From: Planctomycetota bacterium
Lineage (GTDB): Bacteria > Planctomycetota > Brocadiia > JAADGH01
Length of the DNA: 64,000 bases
Assembly (NCBI GenBank): GCA_040755855.1
Contig: JBFMAD010000001.1
Location: forward strand, 224,001-288,000
Direction: 5' to 3'
The notes below the pieces were generated by a model. That model had not been told where the DNA came from. It did not search any database and saw only the letters and a list, made by a program, of their open reading frames with translations. Both the position numbers and the translations under genes were made by a program. This document shows, piece by piece, positions 18,910-32,977 of the stretch (position 1 is its first letter; every line of letters begins with the position of its first letter).

Positions 18910-20015
18910 GCAAGGCCCTACTCACCCTGGAGGACGGATTCACGCTGGAGGGCCGGTCCTTCGGCGCATCGGGCGAGCGCCTCGGCGAGGTTGTCTTCAA
19001 CACCAGCATGACAGGCTACCAGGAGGTCCTCACCGACCCCTCCTACTGCCGCCAGATCGTCGCCATGACCTACCCCCTCATCGGGAACTACGGGACAAAC
19101 AGCGAGGACGTCGAGTCGGCCCGGCCGCAGGTGGAGGGCTTCGTCGTCCGCGAGGTCAGCCGCATCCCCAGCAACTGGCGCTCGCAGACCGACCTGCCGA
19201 CATACCTGAAAAAAAATAATGTGATCGGCATTGACGGCGTGGATACCCGCGCCCTCGTCAGGCATATCCGAACACAGGGGGCGATGAAGGGCATCCTCTC
19301 AACGGAGGACCTCGACCCGCAAAGCCTCCAAAGGAAGGCCCAGGAATGGCCCGGCCTCGTCGGGCGCGACACCGTCGAGTGCGTCACCTGCAAGAGCGAA
19401 TACAAATGGGAAAAAAACAGCGGCGTCGAAAAACGCTTTGACGTTGTGGTCTATGACTACGGCGTCAAGTTCAACATCCTCCGCATGTTGGAACGCGCCG
19501 GATGCCGCGTCACCGTCCTGCCGGCGACGACGAAGGCCGAGGACGTCCTGGCCCGCGATCCGGACGGCGTGGTCCTGAGCAACGGTCCCGGCGACCCTGC
19601 CGCCGTCGTCTATGCCATCGAGGAGATTCGAAAACTCCTCGGCAAGAAGCCGATCTTCGGCATCTGTCTCGGACATCAACTGCTTGGCCTTGCCTTCGGG
19701 GGAAAGACCTACAAACTCAAGTTCGGCCACCGCGGCGGCAACCAGCCGGTGAAGGACCTGCGGTCGGGCCGCGTGGCGATCACGGCGCAGAACCATGGCT
19801 TCTGCGTGGACATAGACTCGCTCAAGGACCAGCGGGTCGAGATCACCCACATCAACCTGAACGATCAAACCCTCGAAGGCATGAGGCATAAAGAGATGCC
19901 GGTCTTCTCGGTGCAGTATCACCCCGAGGCGTCGCCCGGCCCGCACGACGCGGAGTACCTTTTCAAGGAATTCACGGAAGCCATGACGCGAGAGAAAAGC
20001 AGAGGAAACGGCTGA
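18906..20015 (+). CDS. carA: Carbamoyl-phosphate synthase small subunit
   Basis: [42 protein letters not shown] start overlaps the purF stop (GTGA). Confidence 0.97.
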   Translation: MSKALLTLEDGFTLEGRSFGASGERLGEVVFNTSMTGYQEVLTDPSYCRQIVAMTYPLIGNYGTNSEDVESARPQVEGFVVREVSRIPSNWRSQTDLPTYLKKNNVIGIDGVDTRALVRHIRTQGAMKGILSTEDLDPQSLQRKAQEWPGLVGRDTVECVTCKSEYKWEKNSGVEKRFDVVVYDYGVKFNILRMLERAGCRVTVLPATTKAEDVLARDPDGVVLSNGPGDPAAVVYAIEEIRKLLGKKPIFGICLGHQLLGLAFGGKTYKLKFGHRGGNQPVKDLRSGRVAITAQNHGFCVDIDSLKDQRVEITHINLNDQTLEGMRHKEMPVFSVQYHPEASPGPHDAEYLFKEFTEAMTREKSRGNG

Positions 20016-21618
20016 TGGCCAAGTTCATCTTTGTTACAGGCGGCGTGGTCTCGTCCCTCGGCAAAGGGATCACGTCGGCCTCGATCGGCGCGCTCCTCAA
20101 GTCCCGGAGCATCCGGGTCAAGCTCCAGAAGTTCGACCCATACCTGAACGTGGACCCCGGCACGATGAACCCCTACCAGCACGGCGAGGTCTATGTCACC
20201 GAGGACGGCGCGGAGACGGACCTCGACCTCGGCCACTACGAACGCTTCACCGGCGACTTTACCTCCCGCGAGAGCAACACCACCGCCGGGTCCGTCTACT
20301 ACGAGGTCCTGATGAAGGAGCGCCGCGGCGACTACCTCGGCAAGACGATCCAGATGATCCCCCACATCACCGACGAGATCAAGCGCCGCGTGCGCAATCT
20401 CGCCGCGCCCGACGTGGATGTGGTCATCTGCGAGGTCGGCGGCACGGTGGGCGACATCGAGAGCCTGATCTTCCTCGAGGCCATCCGCCAGATCGGCCAC
20501 GAGGAGGGGCGCAACAACGTCCTCTACATCCATCTCACCCTCGTCCCTTACATCCGCGCCGCGGGGGAGATCAAGACCAAGCCCACCCAGCACAGCGTGG
20601 GCAAGCTGCGCGAGATCGGCATCATCCCGGACGTCCTAATCTGCCGCAGCGAGCTGCCTCTGAACGAAGAAATTCGTAACAAACTCTCCCTCTTCTGCAA
20701 CGTGCCGGTCCGCGCCGTCATCGAGGAGCTCGACGTCAAGCACACCATCTACGAGGTCCCCTTCGTCTTCGCCGAGCAGGGCCTCGACAACCTGATCTGC
20801 GACCACCTGGGCCTTCGCGGCACGTCGCGCGACCTGACGAAGTGGCGCAAGGTCGTCACCGTGCTCACCAAGGCTGAGAAGACCGTGCCGATCGCCGTGG
20901 TAGGCAAGTATTCCGAGCTTCAGGACGCCTACAAGTCCATCTACGAGGCCATCATGCACGGCGGCATCGCCAACGAGTGCAAGGTGGACATCCGCAAGGT
21001 CCTCTCAGAGGACATCGAGAAGAAGGGCGCTCATTCGGCGCTGGCGGGGGTGAAGGGCGTCCTCGTGCCCGGCGGATTCGGCACGCGCGGCGTGCAGGGA
21101 AAGATCCTCGCCATCCAGTACTCCCGCGAGAGGCGCATCCCGTTTCTGGGCATCTGCCTCGGGCTGCAATGCGCCGTCATCGAGTTCGCCCGGAATGTCT
21201 GCGGCCTGCCGAAGGCCAACACGACGGAGATAGATCCCGACACCGCCGATCCCGTGATCTGCCTCCTCGAAGAGCAGAAGGAAATTGTGACCAAGGGCGC
21301 AACCATGCGCCTCGGCGCGTATCCATGCCGCCTGCAATCCGACACGAAGGCGCGCGCGGCCTATGGCGAGCCGGAAATCACCGAGCGCCACCGGCATCGT
21401 TACGAGTTCAACAACAAGTACCGCGAACTCATGGCCGCCAAGGGCATGGTCTTCAGCGGCCTGTCGCCCGACGGCGAGCTGGTGGAGTTTATCGAGCTGG
21501 CCGCCCATCCCTGGTTTGTCGCCACCCAGGCCCATCCGGAGTTCAAGTCACGGCCCGTGGACGCGCATCCCCTCTTCCGCGAATTCATCAGGGCCGCCCT
21601 GGATAGAAAGGACGAGTA

Positions 21619-21619
<1 letters not shown>
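20015..21619 (+). CDS. pyrG: CTP synthase
   Basis: [62 protein letters not shown] overlap with carA. Confidence 0.98.
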
Positions 21620-23160
<1,541 letters not shown>

Positions 23161-23169
23161 AAATAGAAG

Positions 23170-26100
23170 ATGCCCAAGCGAACGGATATTCATAAGATTC
23201 TGATCATCGGCTCCGGCCCCATCATCATCAGCCAGGCGTGCGAATTCGACTATTCTGGCACGCAGGCCTGCAAGGCTCTCCGCGAGGAAGGCTACGAGGT
23301 CGTCCTCGTCAACAGCAACCCGGCCACGATCATGACCGACCCGGAGATGGCCCAGCGCACCTACGTCGAGCCTATAGACCCGGACATCGTCGAGAAGATC
23401 ATCGAGCGCGAGCGGCCCGACGCCCTCCTGCCGACCCTGGGGGGGCAGACGGGGCTAAACGTCGCCGTCCGCGTGGCCGAGCGCGGCGTCCTCGACCGGT
23501 TCAAGGTGGAGATGATCGGCGCGACCTACGAGGCCATCCGCACGGCGGAGAACCGCGACCTCTTCAAGCGGGCGATCAACGCAATCGGCTTGAAAGTCCC
23601 CCGGAGCGGCATCGCCACGACGATGGAGCAGGCGTGGGCCGCCGCCGATAAAATCGGCTTCCCCATCATCATCCGCCCCAGCTTCACCCTGGGCGGCACG
23701 GGCGGCGGCGTGGCCTACAACCGCGAGGAGTTCGAGGAGATCGCCCGCAACGGACTCCGACTCAGCCTCACGAACGAGGTCCTCATCGAGGAGTCCGTCG
23801 CCGGCTGGAAGGAATTCGAGCTGGAGGTCATGCGCGATAAGGCCGATAACGTCGTCATCATCTGCTCCATCGAGAACGTGGACCCCATGGGCGTCCACAC
23901 GGGCGACAGCATCACCGTCGCCCCCGCCCAGACGCTGACCGACAAGGAGTATCAGGTCATGCGCGACGCCGCCATCGCCATCATCCGGCAGGTCGGCGTG
24001 GAGACGGGCGGATCGAACATCCAGTTCGCCGTCAACCCGGCGGACGGGCGGATGGTCGTGATCGAGATGAACCCCCGTGTGTCGCGCAGCTCCGCCCTGG
24101 CCAGCAAGGCGACGGGCTTCCCCATCGCCAAGTTCGCGGCCAAGCTTGCCGTCGGATACACCCTGGATGAAATACCAAACGACATCACCAAAGAGACGCC
24201 CGCGTCGTTCGAGCCGACGATTGACTATTGCGTGGTGAAGATCCCGCGATTCGCATTCGAGAAATTTCCCCACGCCGACCCGACCCTGACGACCTCCATG
24301 AAATCCGTCGGCGAGACGATGGCAATCGGGCGGACCTTCAAGGAGGCGCTGCAGAAGGGCCTGCGCTCCCTGGAGATCGGCCTCTCCGGCCTGGATCGTA
24401 AGTGCTTGAGGGGCTTGACCTTAGAAGGCATCGAGAGCAAGCTCCGAACGCCGACGCGCGAACGGCTCTTCTACATCAAGTTGGCCCTGATGCACGGCAT
24501 GAGCGTCAAGGAAATCGCCAAACACTCAAGAATTGATCCCTGGTTTCTCGACAACATCAAGGAAATCGTCGAGTTCGAGGGCAAACTCGCAGCGCTCCAA
24601 TCCTTCAGCAAGCTGTCCGACGAGATGCTCCGCCAGGCCAAGCGGATGGGATTCTCCGACGCGCAACTGGCCGATCTTCTCGGCGCCGGCCCGGAGGACG
24701 TGCGCCGGCGGAGGAAGTCCATCGGCCTCGACGCCGCGTTCAAACTCGTGGACACCTGCGCCGCCGAGTTCGAGGCATACACCCCCTATTACTACTCGAC
24801 CTACGAACAGGAGAACGAGACACGACCGAGCGACCGGAAAAAGATCATGATTCTCGGCAGCGGCCCCAACCGCATCGGCCAGGGCATCGAGTTTGACTAC
24901 TGCTGCGTCCACGCATCCTTCGCCCTCAAGGATCTGGGCTACGAGACGATCATGGTCAACAGCAACCCCGAGACCGTGAGCACGGATTACGACACGTCGG
25001 ACAAGCTCTACTTCGAGCCGCTGACCCTCGAGGACGTGCTCAACATCGTTGATCGCGAGCAGCCGGAAGGAGTCATCGTACAACTCGGCGGGCAGACACC
25101 TCTCAACCTGGCCGTGCCCCTTGCGAAGGCGGGGGCGAAGATCCTCGGGACCGATCCCGACGCCATAGACCGCGCGGAAGACCGGGAGCGCTTCAGCGAC
25201 CTGCTGCGAAAACTCGGTCTCACCCAGGCGCCGAACGGGATGGCGCGATCGGTCGAGGCGGCCGTGAAGGTCGCCGCTGGCCTCGGCTATCCCGTCCTCG
25301 TCCGCCCCTCGTTCGTCCTCGGCGGCCGCGCGATGGACATCATCCACGACCAAGCCCAGCTCGAGGGCTTCATCGGCCAGGCCATCGAGGTCTCCGGCGA
25401 GCGCCCGGTGCTGGTGGACAAGTTCCTGGAAGACGCCGTCGAGGTGGACGTGGACTCTCTGTCCGACGGGAAGCGCGTCGTCATCGGGGGGATCATGGAG
25501 CACATCGAGGAGGCGGGCATCCACTCCGGCGACAGTTCGATGGTCCTGCCCCCCTACTCGCTGGCGGATCGCATCGTGGACCAGATCCGCGAGCAGACGA
25601 AGGCGCTGGCCATGGAGATCGGCGTGGTGGGTTTGATGAACGTGCAATTCGCCGTCCGCGGCGAGACGATCTATGTGCTGGAGGTGAACCCGCGCGCCTC
25701 CCGGACGGTTCCCTTCCTCAGCAAGGCGACGGGCATCCCCCTCGCCAAGATCGCGGCGAAGCTGATGGTCGGGAAGACGCTCGATGAGATCGGCTTCACC
25801 CGCGAGGTGCAAATCCCGCACTTCGCCGTCAAGCACTCCGTCTTCCCCTTCAATCGCTTCCCCGGTCAGGACGCGCTGTTGGGGCCGGAGATGAAGTCTA
25901 CCGGCGAGGTGATGGGCATTGACGCGAACTTCGGCCTGGCCTTTGCGAAGGGCCAGCTCGCGGGCGCGCCGGGCCTGCCCGCCTCCGGCAAGGTGTTCAT
26001 CAGCGTGAGGGATCAGGACAAGCGGGACATCATCTTCATCGCCAAACAATTGATTGATCTCGGCTTCGAGATCGTCGCCACCGAGGGGACGGCCAAGACG

Positions 26101-26415
26101 CTCCGTCGCAACGGCGTGAAGGCCGGGGTGCTGTTCAGAATCTCCGAGGGCCGCCCGCACGTCCTCGACCTCATCAAGAACGACGAGATCGCGATGATCA
26201 TCAACACGGTGAGCGGCAAGGCGCCGCGCCGGGACGAGACCCACATGCGGACCATCGCCATCGCCCGCGGCATCCCGCTCATCAGCACCATCTCCGCCGC
26301 CTCTGCCGCCGTGGGCGGCATGGAGGAGATGCTCCGCTCCGGGATGAGCGTCACGTCCCTGCAGGAATACATCGCGTCCATCCCTTCCGCGACCTCCCCG
26401 GCCCTCTCCAAGTAG
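23170..26415 (+). CDS. carB: Carbamoyl-phosphate synthase large subunit
   Basis: MPKRTDI...[56 protein letters not shown]. Confidence 0.98.
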   Translation: MPKRTDIHKILIIGSGPIIISQACEFDYSGTQACKALREEGYEVVLVNSNPATIMTDPEMAQRTYVEPIDPDIVEKIIERERPDALLPTLGGQTGLNVAVRVAERGVLDRFKVEMIGATYEAIRTAENRDLFKRAINAIGLKVPRSGIATTMEQAWAAADKIGFPIIIRPSFTLGGTGGGVAYNREEFEEIARNGLRLSLTNEVLIEESVAGWKEFELEVMRDKADNVVIICSIENVDPMGVHTGDSITVAPAQTLTDKEYQVMRDAAIAIIRQVGVETGGSNIQFAVNPADGRMVVIEMNPRVSRSSALASKATGFPIAKFAAKLAVGYTLDEIPNDITKETPASFEPTIDYCVVKIPRFAFEKFPHADPTLTTSMKSVGETMAIGRTFKEALQKGLRSLEIGLSGLDRKCLRGLTLEGIESKLRTPTRERLFYIKLALMHGMSVKEIAKHSRIDPWFLDNIKEIVEFEGKLAALQSFSKLSDEMLRQAKRMGFSDAQLADLLGAGPEDVRRRRKSIGLDAAFKLVDTCAAEFEAYTPYYYSTYEQENETRPSDRKKIMILGSGPNRIGQGIEFDYCCVHASFALKDLGYETIMVNSNPETVSTDYDTSDKLYFEPLTLEDVLNIVDREQPEGVIVQLGGQTPLNLAVPLAKAGAKILGTDPDAIDRAEDRERFSDLLRKLGLTQAPNGMARSVEAAVKVAAGLGYPVLVRPSFVLGGRAMDIIHDQAQLEGFIGQAIEVSGERPVLVDKFLEDAVEVDVDSLSDGKRVVIGGIMEHIEEAGIHSGDSSMVLPPYSLADRIVDQIREQTKALAMEIGVVGLMNVQFAVRGETIYVLEVNPRASRTVPFLSKATGIPLAKIAAKLMVGKTLDEIGFTREVQIPHFAVKHSVFPFNRFPGQDALLGPEMKSTGEVMGIDANFGLAFAKGQLAGAPGLPASGKVFISVRDQDKRDIIFIAKQLIDLGFEIVATEGTAKTLRRNGVKAGVLFRISEGRPHVLDLIKNDEIAMIINTVSGKAPRRDETHMRTIAIARGIPLISTISAASAAVGGMEEMLRSGMSVTSLQEYIASIPSATSPALSK

Positions 26416-26484
26416 GCCCTTGCAGTCCTCCGGGACTTTGTCGTATCCTTGGCAGCCATCCATGTCTGTTGAGGAGACCGAACC

Positions 26485-29400
26485 ATGCGAACGCCGATCG
26501 CCGCTTGCCTGTTTGCTGTGATTCTCTTTGGTTGCGGAGCGCCCACAGTTCCGACGAAAGGGGCGGCTGAACCGTCGCGCGACGATATCGCGGCCCGCGA
26601 GTATCTCTGTCTGACCGCCGATTCGCCGCCGCAACTCGACGGCGCCCTCGACGACGGCTGCTGGCGGAGAGCCAGGCCCTCGCCGGTGTTCCATACCATT
26701 GGGGCGTGTCCAGAAGAGGTCCCTCGCCGGATGGCGATCCGTTTCCTCTGCGACAAAGACAATCTCTATGTCGCGGTGGACGCCGCCTCCCGCCCCGGCG
26801 TCGTCCCCGCAGCCAGGCAGGAACGCCGGCACGACGATCCCGTCTTCAACGACGATTCCGTCGAGCTCTTCCTCCACACGTCGCCCTCGGCCAAAGACTA
26901 CTACCACTTCATGCTGAATTGCGACAATGCCATCCTCGACGCGCACGTGATTCCAGACCGAACGACGGGACACGCGAAGTGGGACCCTGAATGGCGACAC
27001 GAGACAAAGAAGCGCCCCGGCGGTTGGACGGCGGAGATGGTGATCCCCTTTCGGGCGTTTGACCAGAAGGCCCCACCGCAGGGCTTTGTGTGGCTCGTCC
27101 GCGTCGGCAGCAACGCCCCCGGCTTCCCGCACGCGATGTGGCCCAGGAATCCGACCGCATCCTTCCACGATCCGACCTGCTCCGGCTACCTCATCTTCGG
27201 CGACCGGAACCTGTTGACCAACGGCGGCTTTGAAGGCCCGGTGAGCGACAAGGGAATCCCCCAGGGCTGGGCCTTCTGCTACAACGAGAAAGAGGGCAAG
27301 GGCGTCATCGCGCTGAGTGAGAGCAACGCACCCGAGGGAAAGCGGTGCATTCGATACGAGAAGACAACCCCCGAGATGTGGTTCCCCCAGCTTCACGCCA
27401 ACCCGTTTCCGATTCAACCGCACTCGATGTATGAGTTCTCCGCGCTGGTAAGCTCCGACAAGGCCTTCGTCATGCGTCACAGTCTCCACGACGCTTCGGG
27501 AAACCGGGTCAAGAAATACAGCATGGGCCAACCGCCGACGAAGGGATACGAGCGCCGCGAGATCAGGTTCCGCGTTGAGGCGGACGGGGCGCAGATGAGC
27601 GTGGGTATCCAGCTCTCCCAGGTATCCGGCGTGGTCTGGGTGGATGACGTCCGAGTGCAGAGGGTGAACGGCCTTGAGTTCAGGCGCGGGCGCGAGGTCG
27701 AGCCGCACAGGTATCACCGGCTGGAGCGGCTCGCCGCGCGCGCGCCGTTCAAGCCGTGTTCCCATGTTTCACGGGGCGACATGATCCAGTCGGAACGTGT
27801 GATCTTCAGAGACACCGGCACCGGCGCGCAGATCTGGCGGCTGACCGACACGCCCGGCGGGAGCAACCGCCACTTCTACATGGAGGTCCCGCCCTGGAAC
27901 TGCGACGGATCGAAGATCGTGCTTTGCTCATCCGAGTGGGGCCAGCGGTTCAACGCGCTCCTTCCCGCCGACGGAAGCGCAATGAGGCGCCTCCCCATCA
28001 AGGCAAGCTGCTATACCTGGGACCGTCGCGACCCGGACCGAATCTACTACTGCAAGGGCGTTGAAGGCGGGAAGACGTCCGCCGTCTGCTACTCTCTGAA
28101 GGACGACAAGGAAATCGTTCTGCGAACGTTCGACGGCGCCACCAACGTTTGGCCGATCAGCCAGGACAACAAGTACCTCCTTGTCCGCGAATCCTTCCCG
28201 AAGGCGCCCTGGCAAGCCAAGAGCAAAATTCATCTTCTGTCGCTGGACGGCAAAGAGGACATCATCCTCGACCCGAAGGGCCAGATTCACCAACTGTGGT
28301 TCACCAAGCTGCCGGACCATTCCGTCGAGTTCGAGTATGAGCACGGCGGCTACAAGCCGGGCGAATACCCCGAGGGCAACTTTATGATGAAGAAGGACGG
28401 CTCGATCAAACGGATCTTCGGCGGCGAGGGTCAATGGGCCGGCCATCGCGCCCACAGCCCATCGGGGAAGCTGATGTGTCCCGGCGGACGCCTCCAAGTC
28501 GTGAACAAGCTCACCGGCGACATCACCCCCCTCGCCCCCATCGGCGGCAACCACCAATCCTGGGAAGCCGACGAATCGTGGCTGGCCGCCAGTTCCGATC
28601 CGCACCTGATCCGGTTTGCCGCAGACGGACGAGGGTTCGTCCACCGAATCGGCTCGCACAATTCCGCCATCGGCCACTCGACCTACTGGACCGAGGCCCA
28701 CCCCGCCATGAGCCCCGACGGGACCAAGCTCGGCTACGCCTCGTCCATGCTCGGCGACATTGACTTCTACTTCATGGTAATGATGCTCCCCGGCAGGCCC
28801 GAGGAACTGAAGGCCGCATCGGCGAACGGAAGGGTCGAGCTGACCTGGGAACCCCCGACACACTCGAAGGAAATCCGCGGCTACCTCGTCTATCGCTCCG
28901 ACAAGAGCGGCGAGCCCTTCGAACAGATCTCCCCGACGGAGATCAAGGAAACCAGGTTCGTTGACGCGCCGCCGGCCGGCAGGCCCTTCTACTACACAGT
29001 CGCGTCGCTCGAACGTTGCGGGCTGGAAAGCCTGAAGTCCGATGAGGTCTGTTCCGACCCCGCATGGCCCGGCGGAATCCGAAGGGTCTTCGAATGCGAA
29101 TTCGCTCCGGTGACCGGGCCGCCCGCGATGGAGGAATTCGATACCGCCGCCTCAGGGCTGTACGGCATGAACCTCGGCCGCGACGAACCGGCGAAGGATT
29201 TCTCCATGCCCTTCAACGTCCCGCGCGACGGCGAGTATTCGCTCTGGCTGCGCGTCAAAAGCCCGGACAATGGCTTCACCCTTACGGCAGGGGTGGACGG
29301 GCAACTTCCGAAGGCGCATTCGGGCGAGGAGGGAGGATGGCGCTGGATCAGGATCGCCGAAGGACTCCATCTCGCCAGAGGCGCGCACAGGGTCGCCCTC

Positions 29401-30246
29401 GCGCCCAGCGTGCCATATGTCTCAATAGATCAACTGGTTGTGACCGACAACCCGGACCTCCAGCCCTCCGGGGCGGAAGGCGCGGACATCACTCCCCCGC
29501 CGGCGCCGAACGGTATGACCGCCGATGCGCTGGCCCCCTATTCCATTCGACTTCGATGGCAACCCGTGTATTGTCGCGACTTCCATCACTACAACCTGTA
29601 TCTCGCCGACTCGTCGGACTGCCAGGCGAAGCAGGAGAATCTCATCGCCTCTCCGGCTGCGGCAAGCCACGTTGCCTGGGGGCTGGCCGCGGGAAAGACG
29701 TACTCCTGTTGCGCGACATCCGTTGACCGGGCAGGCAACGAGAGCAGACCATCGGCTGTCGCCACGGTTTCCACGCCGCCGATCCGGGATCGGCTATTCG
29801 CCCGCTTCGATGCAACATGGCGTCCGAAGGCGGTCGGGCAGACCGAGGTCGCCTTCGAGTCCCCCAGCGATGCGGACATCGTCGTCTGGACCAAATGGCA
29901 GAGCTTCGACTCCACATCGCACGGGACCGGCGGCGAGCTCGCCCTGGCGATTGATGGGAAGCCCTTGGGCAGGCACCAGATCCGCTTCGGCTACCTCTGC
30001 GTGGGACATGGAGGGCCCGTGCCGGGCGACTGGCTCTGGAACTTCTCGGCCCCGCTCGCCGGCGACCCCGGACAGGAGCGGTTCGGCTTCCGCATCGGAA
30101 AGGGAAGGCACACGCTCACCCTGAGCGCAGCCTCCGATGCGGACATCGAATGCGGCGGGATCATTGTCACGAACGACTTCGGCTTCCTGCCCGGCGGCGC
30201 TTTCACGAGCTTCCTGCCGATGAAAGGAGCGACTTCACGGAAGTAG
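26485..30246 (+). CDS. Multidomain lipoprotein: CBM9-like sugar-binding domain, CBM4/9-like domain, oligogalacturonate-lyase-like beta-propeller, FN3 domains
   Basis: Lipobox LFGC; LDGALDD..W / DDSVELFL / WTAEMVIPF (CBM9-like); NLLTNGGFE; DTGTGAQIWRLT...HFY...AHPAMSPDG (Ogl-like); VELTWEP..GYLVYRS (FN3). Confidence 0.65.
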   Translation: MRTPIAACLFAVILFGCGAPTVPTKGAAEPSRDDIAAREYLCLTADSPPQLDGALDDGCWRRARPSPVFHTIGACPEEVPRRMAIRFLCDKDNLYVAVDAASRPGVVPAARQERRHDDPVFNDDSVELFLHTSPSAKDYYHFMLNCDNAILDAHVIPDRTTGHAKWDPEWRHETKKRPGGWTAEMVIPFRAFDQKAPPQGFVWLVRVGSNAPGFPHAMWPRNPTASFHDPTCSGYLIFGDRNLLTNGGFEGPVSDKGIPQGWAFCYNEKEGKGVIALSESNAPEGKRCIRYEKTTPEMWFPQLHANPFPIQPHSMYEFSALVSSDKAFVMRHSLHDASGNRVKKYSMGQPPTKGYERREIRFRVEADGAQMSVGIQLSQVSGVVWVDDVRVQRVNGLEFRRGREVEPHRYHRLERLAARAPFKPCSHVSRGDMIQSERVIFRDTGTGAQIWRLTDTPGGSNRHFYMEVPPWNCDGSKIVLCSSEWGQRFNALLPADGSAMRRLPIKASCYTWDRRDPDRIYYCKGVEGGKTSAVCYSLKDDKEIVLRTFDGATNVWPISQDNKYLLVRESFPKAPWQAKSKIHLLSLDGKEDIILDPKGQIHQLWFTKLPDHSVEFEYEHGGYKPGEYPEGNFMMKKDGSIKRIFGGEGQWAGHRAHSPSGKLMCPGGRLQVVNKLTGDITPLAPIGGNHQSWEADESWLAASSDPHLIRFAADGRGFVHRIGSHNSAIGHSTYWTEAHPAMSPDGTKLGYASSMLGDIDFYFMVMMLPGRPEELKAASANGRVELTWEPPTHSKEIRGYLVYRSDKSGEPFEQISPTEIKETRFVDAPPAGRPFYYTVASLERCGLESLKSDEVCSDPAWPGGIRRVFECEFAPVTGPPAMEEFDTAASGLYGMNLGRDEPAKDFSMPFNVPRDGEYSLWLRVKSPDNGFTLTAGVDGQLPKAHSGEEGGWRWIRIAEGLHLARGAHRVALAPSVPYVSIDQLVVTDNPDLQPSGAEGADITPPPAPNGMTADALAPYSIRLRWQPVYCRDFHHYNLYLADSSDCQAKQENLIASPAAASHVAWGLAAGKTYSCCATSVDRAGNESRPSAVATVSTPPIRDRLFARFDATWRPKAVGQTEVAFESPSDADIVVWTKWQSFDSTSHGTGGELALAIDGKPLGRHQIRFGYLCVGHGGPVPGDWLWNFSAPLAGDPGQERFGFRIGKGRHTLTLSAASDADIECGGIIVTNDFGFLPGGAFTSFLPMKGATSRK

Positions 30247-30248
30247 CG

Positions 30249-32819
30249 CTACTTCTTCTCCGGCGCCTTTTCAAAATAGACCTCGCCGAAGCAGAGCGGC
30301 TCGCAGAAGCCCGTGCCCAGTTCGTTCGGCGCCCAGAGGTATAGGCTGGGCGACTTCTGCCCCGCGTAGCGCTCTCGCCCGAAGTTCGCCGTCCACAGAG
30401 ACATCGGCGTCGGCGTCTCGACGCCGAGGCTCTTGAACGGGATCGCCGCCTCGACGGTCCACCGCTTCCCCGCCGGGTCCAGCTTGAAGGCGCGCTCCCA
30501 CTGCGGGTCCCAGCTCTTGTCGTCCTTGTCAATCACCGGATTGAGCGGGTCGGTGATGAAGCCGCGCTGGCCGTCGTAGTAGGCCCCCTCCCGCGGCGCA
30601 GCGATGAGGTGCTGGTAGCGTGTCCTCGTCGCCCCGGTGTCGAGGAAAATCTCGACGCACTCGGTCCCCCAGATGCCGGCGTCGTGGCCCATCTGGGCAA
30701 CATCGAGCTTGTTGATCGTCGGCTCGTCGCAGGCGAACGCCACATACAGTTTTTCGTCGTCGAAGAGCAGGCGAACGGTGGTCTTCTCTTTCGAGACATA
30801 GCCCTCCATCTGCCCCATCTCCTGGACGGCGGCGCCCTCCCATTCCTTCTCATCTATCACACCATCTATCGTCGGCTTTGCTTTAGCCCGCGCTACAACC
30901 ATCCGGGCAGGGCCGGCGGATTTTTTCGTGAACCGAGTCGCGAGCTTGTCGAAGTCCCAGTTCACCGGCGCGCCGATGCGCGAATGCATGTGGCCTCCCT
31001 CGTCTATGAACGCCTTCACCACGCCCCAGCCGGGATACCAGGCGTTGACGTACTTCTTGTCGTTGCCGTAGTCGAGCAGTTTCTGCCGGAAGGCCTTCCA
31101 CTTCTCGACCGACTCCTTCAGTTGGAATAGATTCGGCGCGCTCTTGTTCAGGAGATAGGCCCGGTAGAATGTGAACATCTCAGTATGTATCTTCATATAG
31201 TCGAAGGAATCGCGGGTGAGCCTGAGCCAGCCCTTGGCCCGCTCGCTCTGCGCTTCCTTCTCTGCCTTCATCAGGAGTTGTTCGAGTTTCTGGATGGCTT
31301 GCGGCGGGAAGAGGGTGGTGTAGATCACTTCGCTGCTCTTGAAGTCACGCCCGATCTGGGCAAGGGGTCTGTGGCCTTGGACACGCTTGTGCAGTTCGTC
31401 GAAGAACTGGGCCATCGTCATCCCAGCCTCGCCGTAAATAAAGTCGCAGTATTCCTTTATGCACACATTCGGATCGAGGTCCGGGTCGCCCATGAGCCGG
31501 CCCGCCGTGTAGTAGGCCGGGCCTTCCAGGCCCCAGTCCTCGCCGCCGCCGCAGTAGTAAATCCCCACGACGTTGTTGTCGCGGAAGAGGCGGATGCTCT
31601 CGGCCACCTGACCGGGGGTGTACTTCGGCCCGATGCCCGCGCCGTGGTAGTAGCCCCAGAAATAGACGTAGACCGTCTGTGCCCAGACCTTCGGTTTCCA
31701 CACGGGCAGCGTGTATTCGTAGTGAGGACATACCTCGGCCACCACGTTATCGCCGTAGCGGTCGAACTTCTTCGACGGCCAACTCGTCGGGCCGTAAACG
31801 ATGAAGTGTACTTTCTTGTCGGGATGCGACTTTGCGCACTCGTCAATGATCGCCTTGTGGAGGATATGAATCCGCTCGCACGGATTGTTCCGCAGCGTCT
31901 CGAAGAAGAAGGTCTTGTCGTCGCCATGCCACTCGCGGTAGTTGTCTAGCGCATCGCAGTTCGGACACTCGCACCGCTTGTAGCCGTCCGATTGGGCAAG
32001 CTGCGCCCACTCATATCCCTCGTCGAACTTCTTCCGAATCTCCCGCAACAGAATGGCCTTGACGTCCGGATTAGTCGTGCACAGATGGTTCCACCGATCA
32101 CCCACGCGCTTGCCGTTAATCATGGCAAAGTATTCCGGGTGTTCCGCGAAATACGTCGTGTAGGGGACCCAGACGGGCCATGTGTGCCCGCCCGCGGTGT
32201 AGGCCACAATCGCCGTGCGGAAGTTATTGGCAAAAGACGCCGGCGTCCCGGTGCCGTAGAGATACCGACCGTGGCCGTAAGCAAAGACCGGTGTGATCGT
32301 CCTGTTCAGATCGTCCGGAACGCTGATGTCCTTCTTCTCCGGGACCATCTCCCCCTCGGGCGACGGGATGAACCACTTGCAGCCGACGAACTCTTCGAGA
32401 AACATCGCCGCCGCCTTGCACGTCCCCTTCGCGCCGAGGTAGTCGCGCTTCTCGGGACCGAAGGTATCCCGACCGATCAGGAAGAGTGTATTCCCCTTCA
32501 CAACGAGTCTGCACCCGTCCCACTTCAGGTCGTCCGTCGCGATCCCCGCCGACTGGGCCAGCGGCGTGTGGCCGACGGAGATGATGTTCCCGTCCGTGGC
32601 CTCGCCCGCCGCGACGATCTTCAGTTCGGCGCCGGTGGATTTCTTGACATAGTCGCGCACCCACTCCGCGGCCATCGTTGTCCACTTCTTCTCGTTCGCC
32701 TGATCCTCCTTGAACGCCGGGACGACGATCGTCGCCTTCGGCTGCCCGTCCTTCACAATGTCCAGCCCATGCGCAATCATCGGACACACCACCACCGCAA
32801 CGGCGAGAAATGTCCTCAT
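30249..32819 (-). CDS. Secreted DUF4838-like glycoside-hydrolase-like protein with C-terminal CBM9-like domain
   Basis: Signal peptide, IVKDGQPKATIVVP, EHPEYFAMINGKR, HLCTTNPDV, CECPNC; C-terminal PTIDGVIDEKEW...VEIFLD...WTVEAAIPF. Start ATG 32819 after GGAGGGAGG. Confidence 0.7.
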   Translation of the reverse strand: MRTFLAVAVVVCPMIAHGLDIVKDGQPKATIVVPAFKEDQANEKKWTTMAAEWVRDYVKKSTGAELKIVAAGEATDGNIISVGHTPLAQSAGIATDDLKWDGCRLVVKGNTLFLIGRDTFGPEKRDYLGAKGTCKAAAMFLEEFVGCKWFIPSPEGEMVPEKKDISVPDDLNRTITPVFAYGHGRYLYGTGTPASFANNFRTAIVAYTAGGHTWPVWVPYTTYFAEHPEYFAMINGKRVGDRWNHLCTTNPDVKAILLREIRKKFDEGYEWAQLAQSDGYKRCECPNCDALDNYREWHGDDKTFFFETLRNNPCERIHILHKAIIDECAKSHPDKKVHFIVYGPTSWPSKKFDRYGDNVVAEVCPHYEYTLPVWKPKVWAQTVYVYFWGYYHGAGIGPKYTPGQVAESIRLFRDNNVVGIYYCGGGEDWGLEGPAYYTAGRLMGDPDLDPNVCIKEYCDFIYGEAGMTMAQFFDELHKRVQGHRPLAQIGRDFKSSEVIYTTLFPPQAIQKLEQLLMKAEKEAQSERAKGWLRLTRDSFDYMKIHTEMFTFYRAYLLNKSAPNLFQLKESVEKWKAFRQKLLDYGNDKKYVNAWYPGWGVVKAFIDEGGHMHSRIGAPVNWDFDKLATRFTKKSAGPARMVVARAKAKPTIDGVIDEKEWEGAAVQEMGQMEGYVSKEKTTVRLLFDDEKLYVAFACDEPTINKLDVAQMGHDAGIWGTECVEIFLDTGATRTRYQHLIAAPREGAYYDGQRGFITDPLNPVIDKDDKSWDPQWERAFKLDPAGKRWTVEAAIPFKSLGVETPTPMSLWTANFGRERYAGQKSPSLYLWAPNELGTGFCEPLCFGEVYFEKAPEKK

Positions 32820-32977
32820 CGCAATCCTCCCTCCTATCTTCAAGCGAAAGCCCTCTCGTCTCCTTCGCATCGTTCACAGAAGCAAGTTTCCACACGGCAT
32901 TCTATCCCTTGACAAATGCAAACGCAAGGCGGTAATCTCGATCATCCAAACATTATTGCCCAAAAGGAGAATGCCCC

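Noticed and set aside
24526..27765. 1079-aa minus-strand ORF
   Set aside because: Antisense shadow of carB and the next gene, typical of high-GC DNA; no recognisable motifs.
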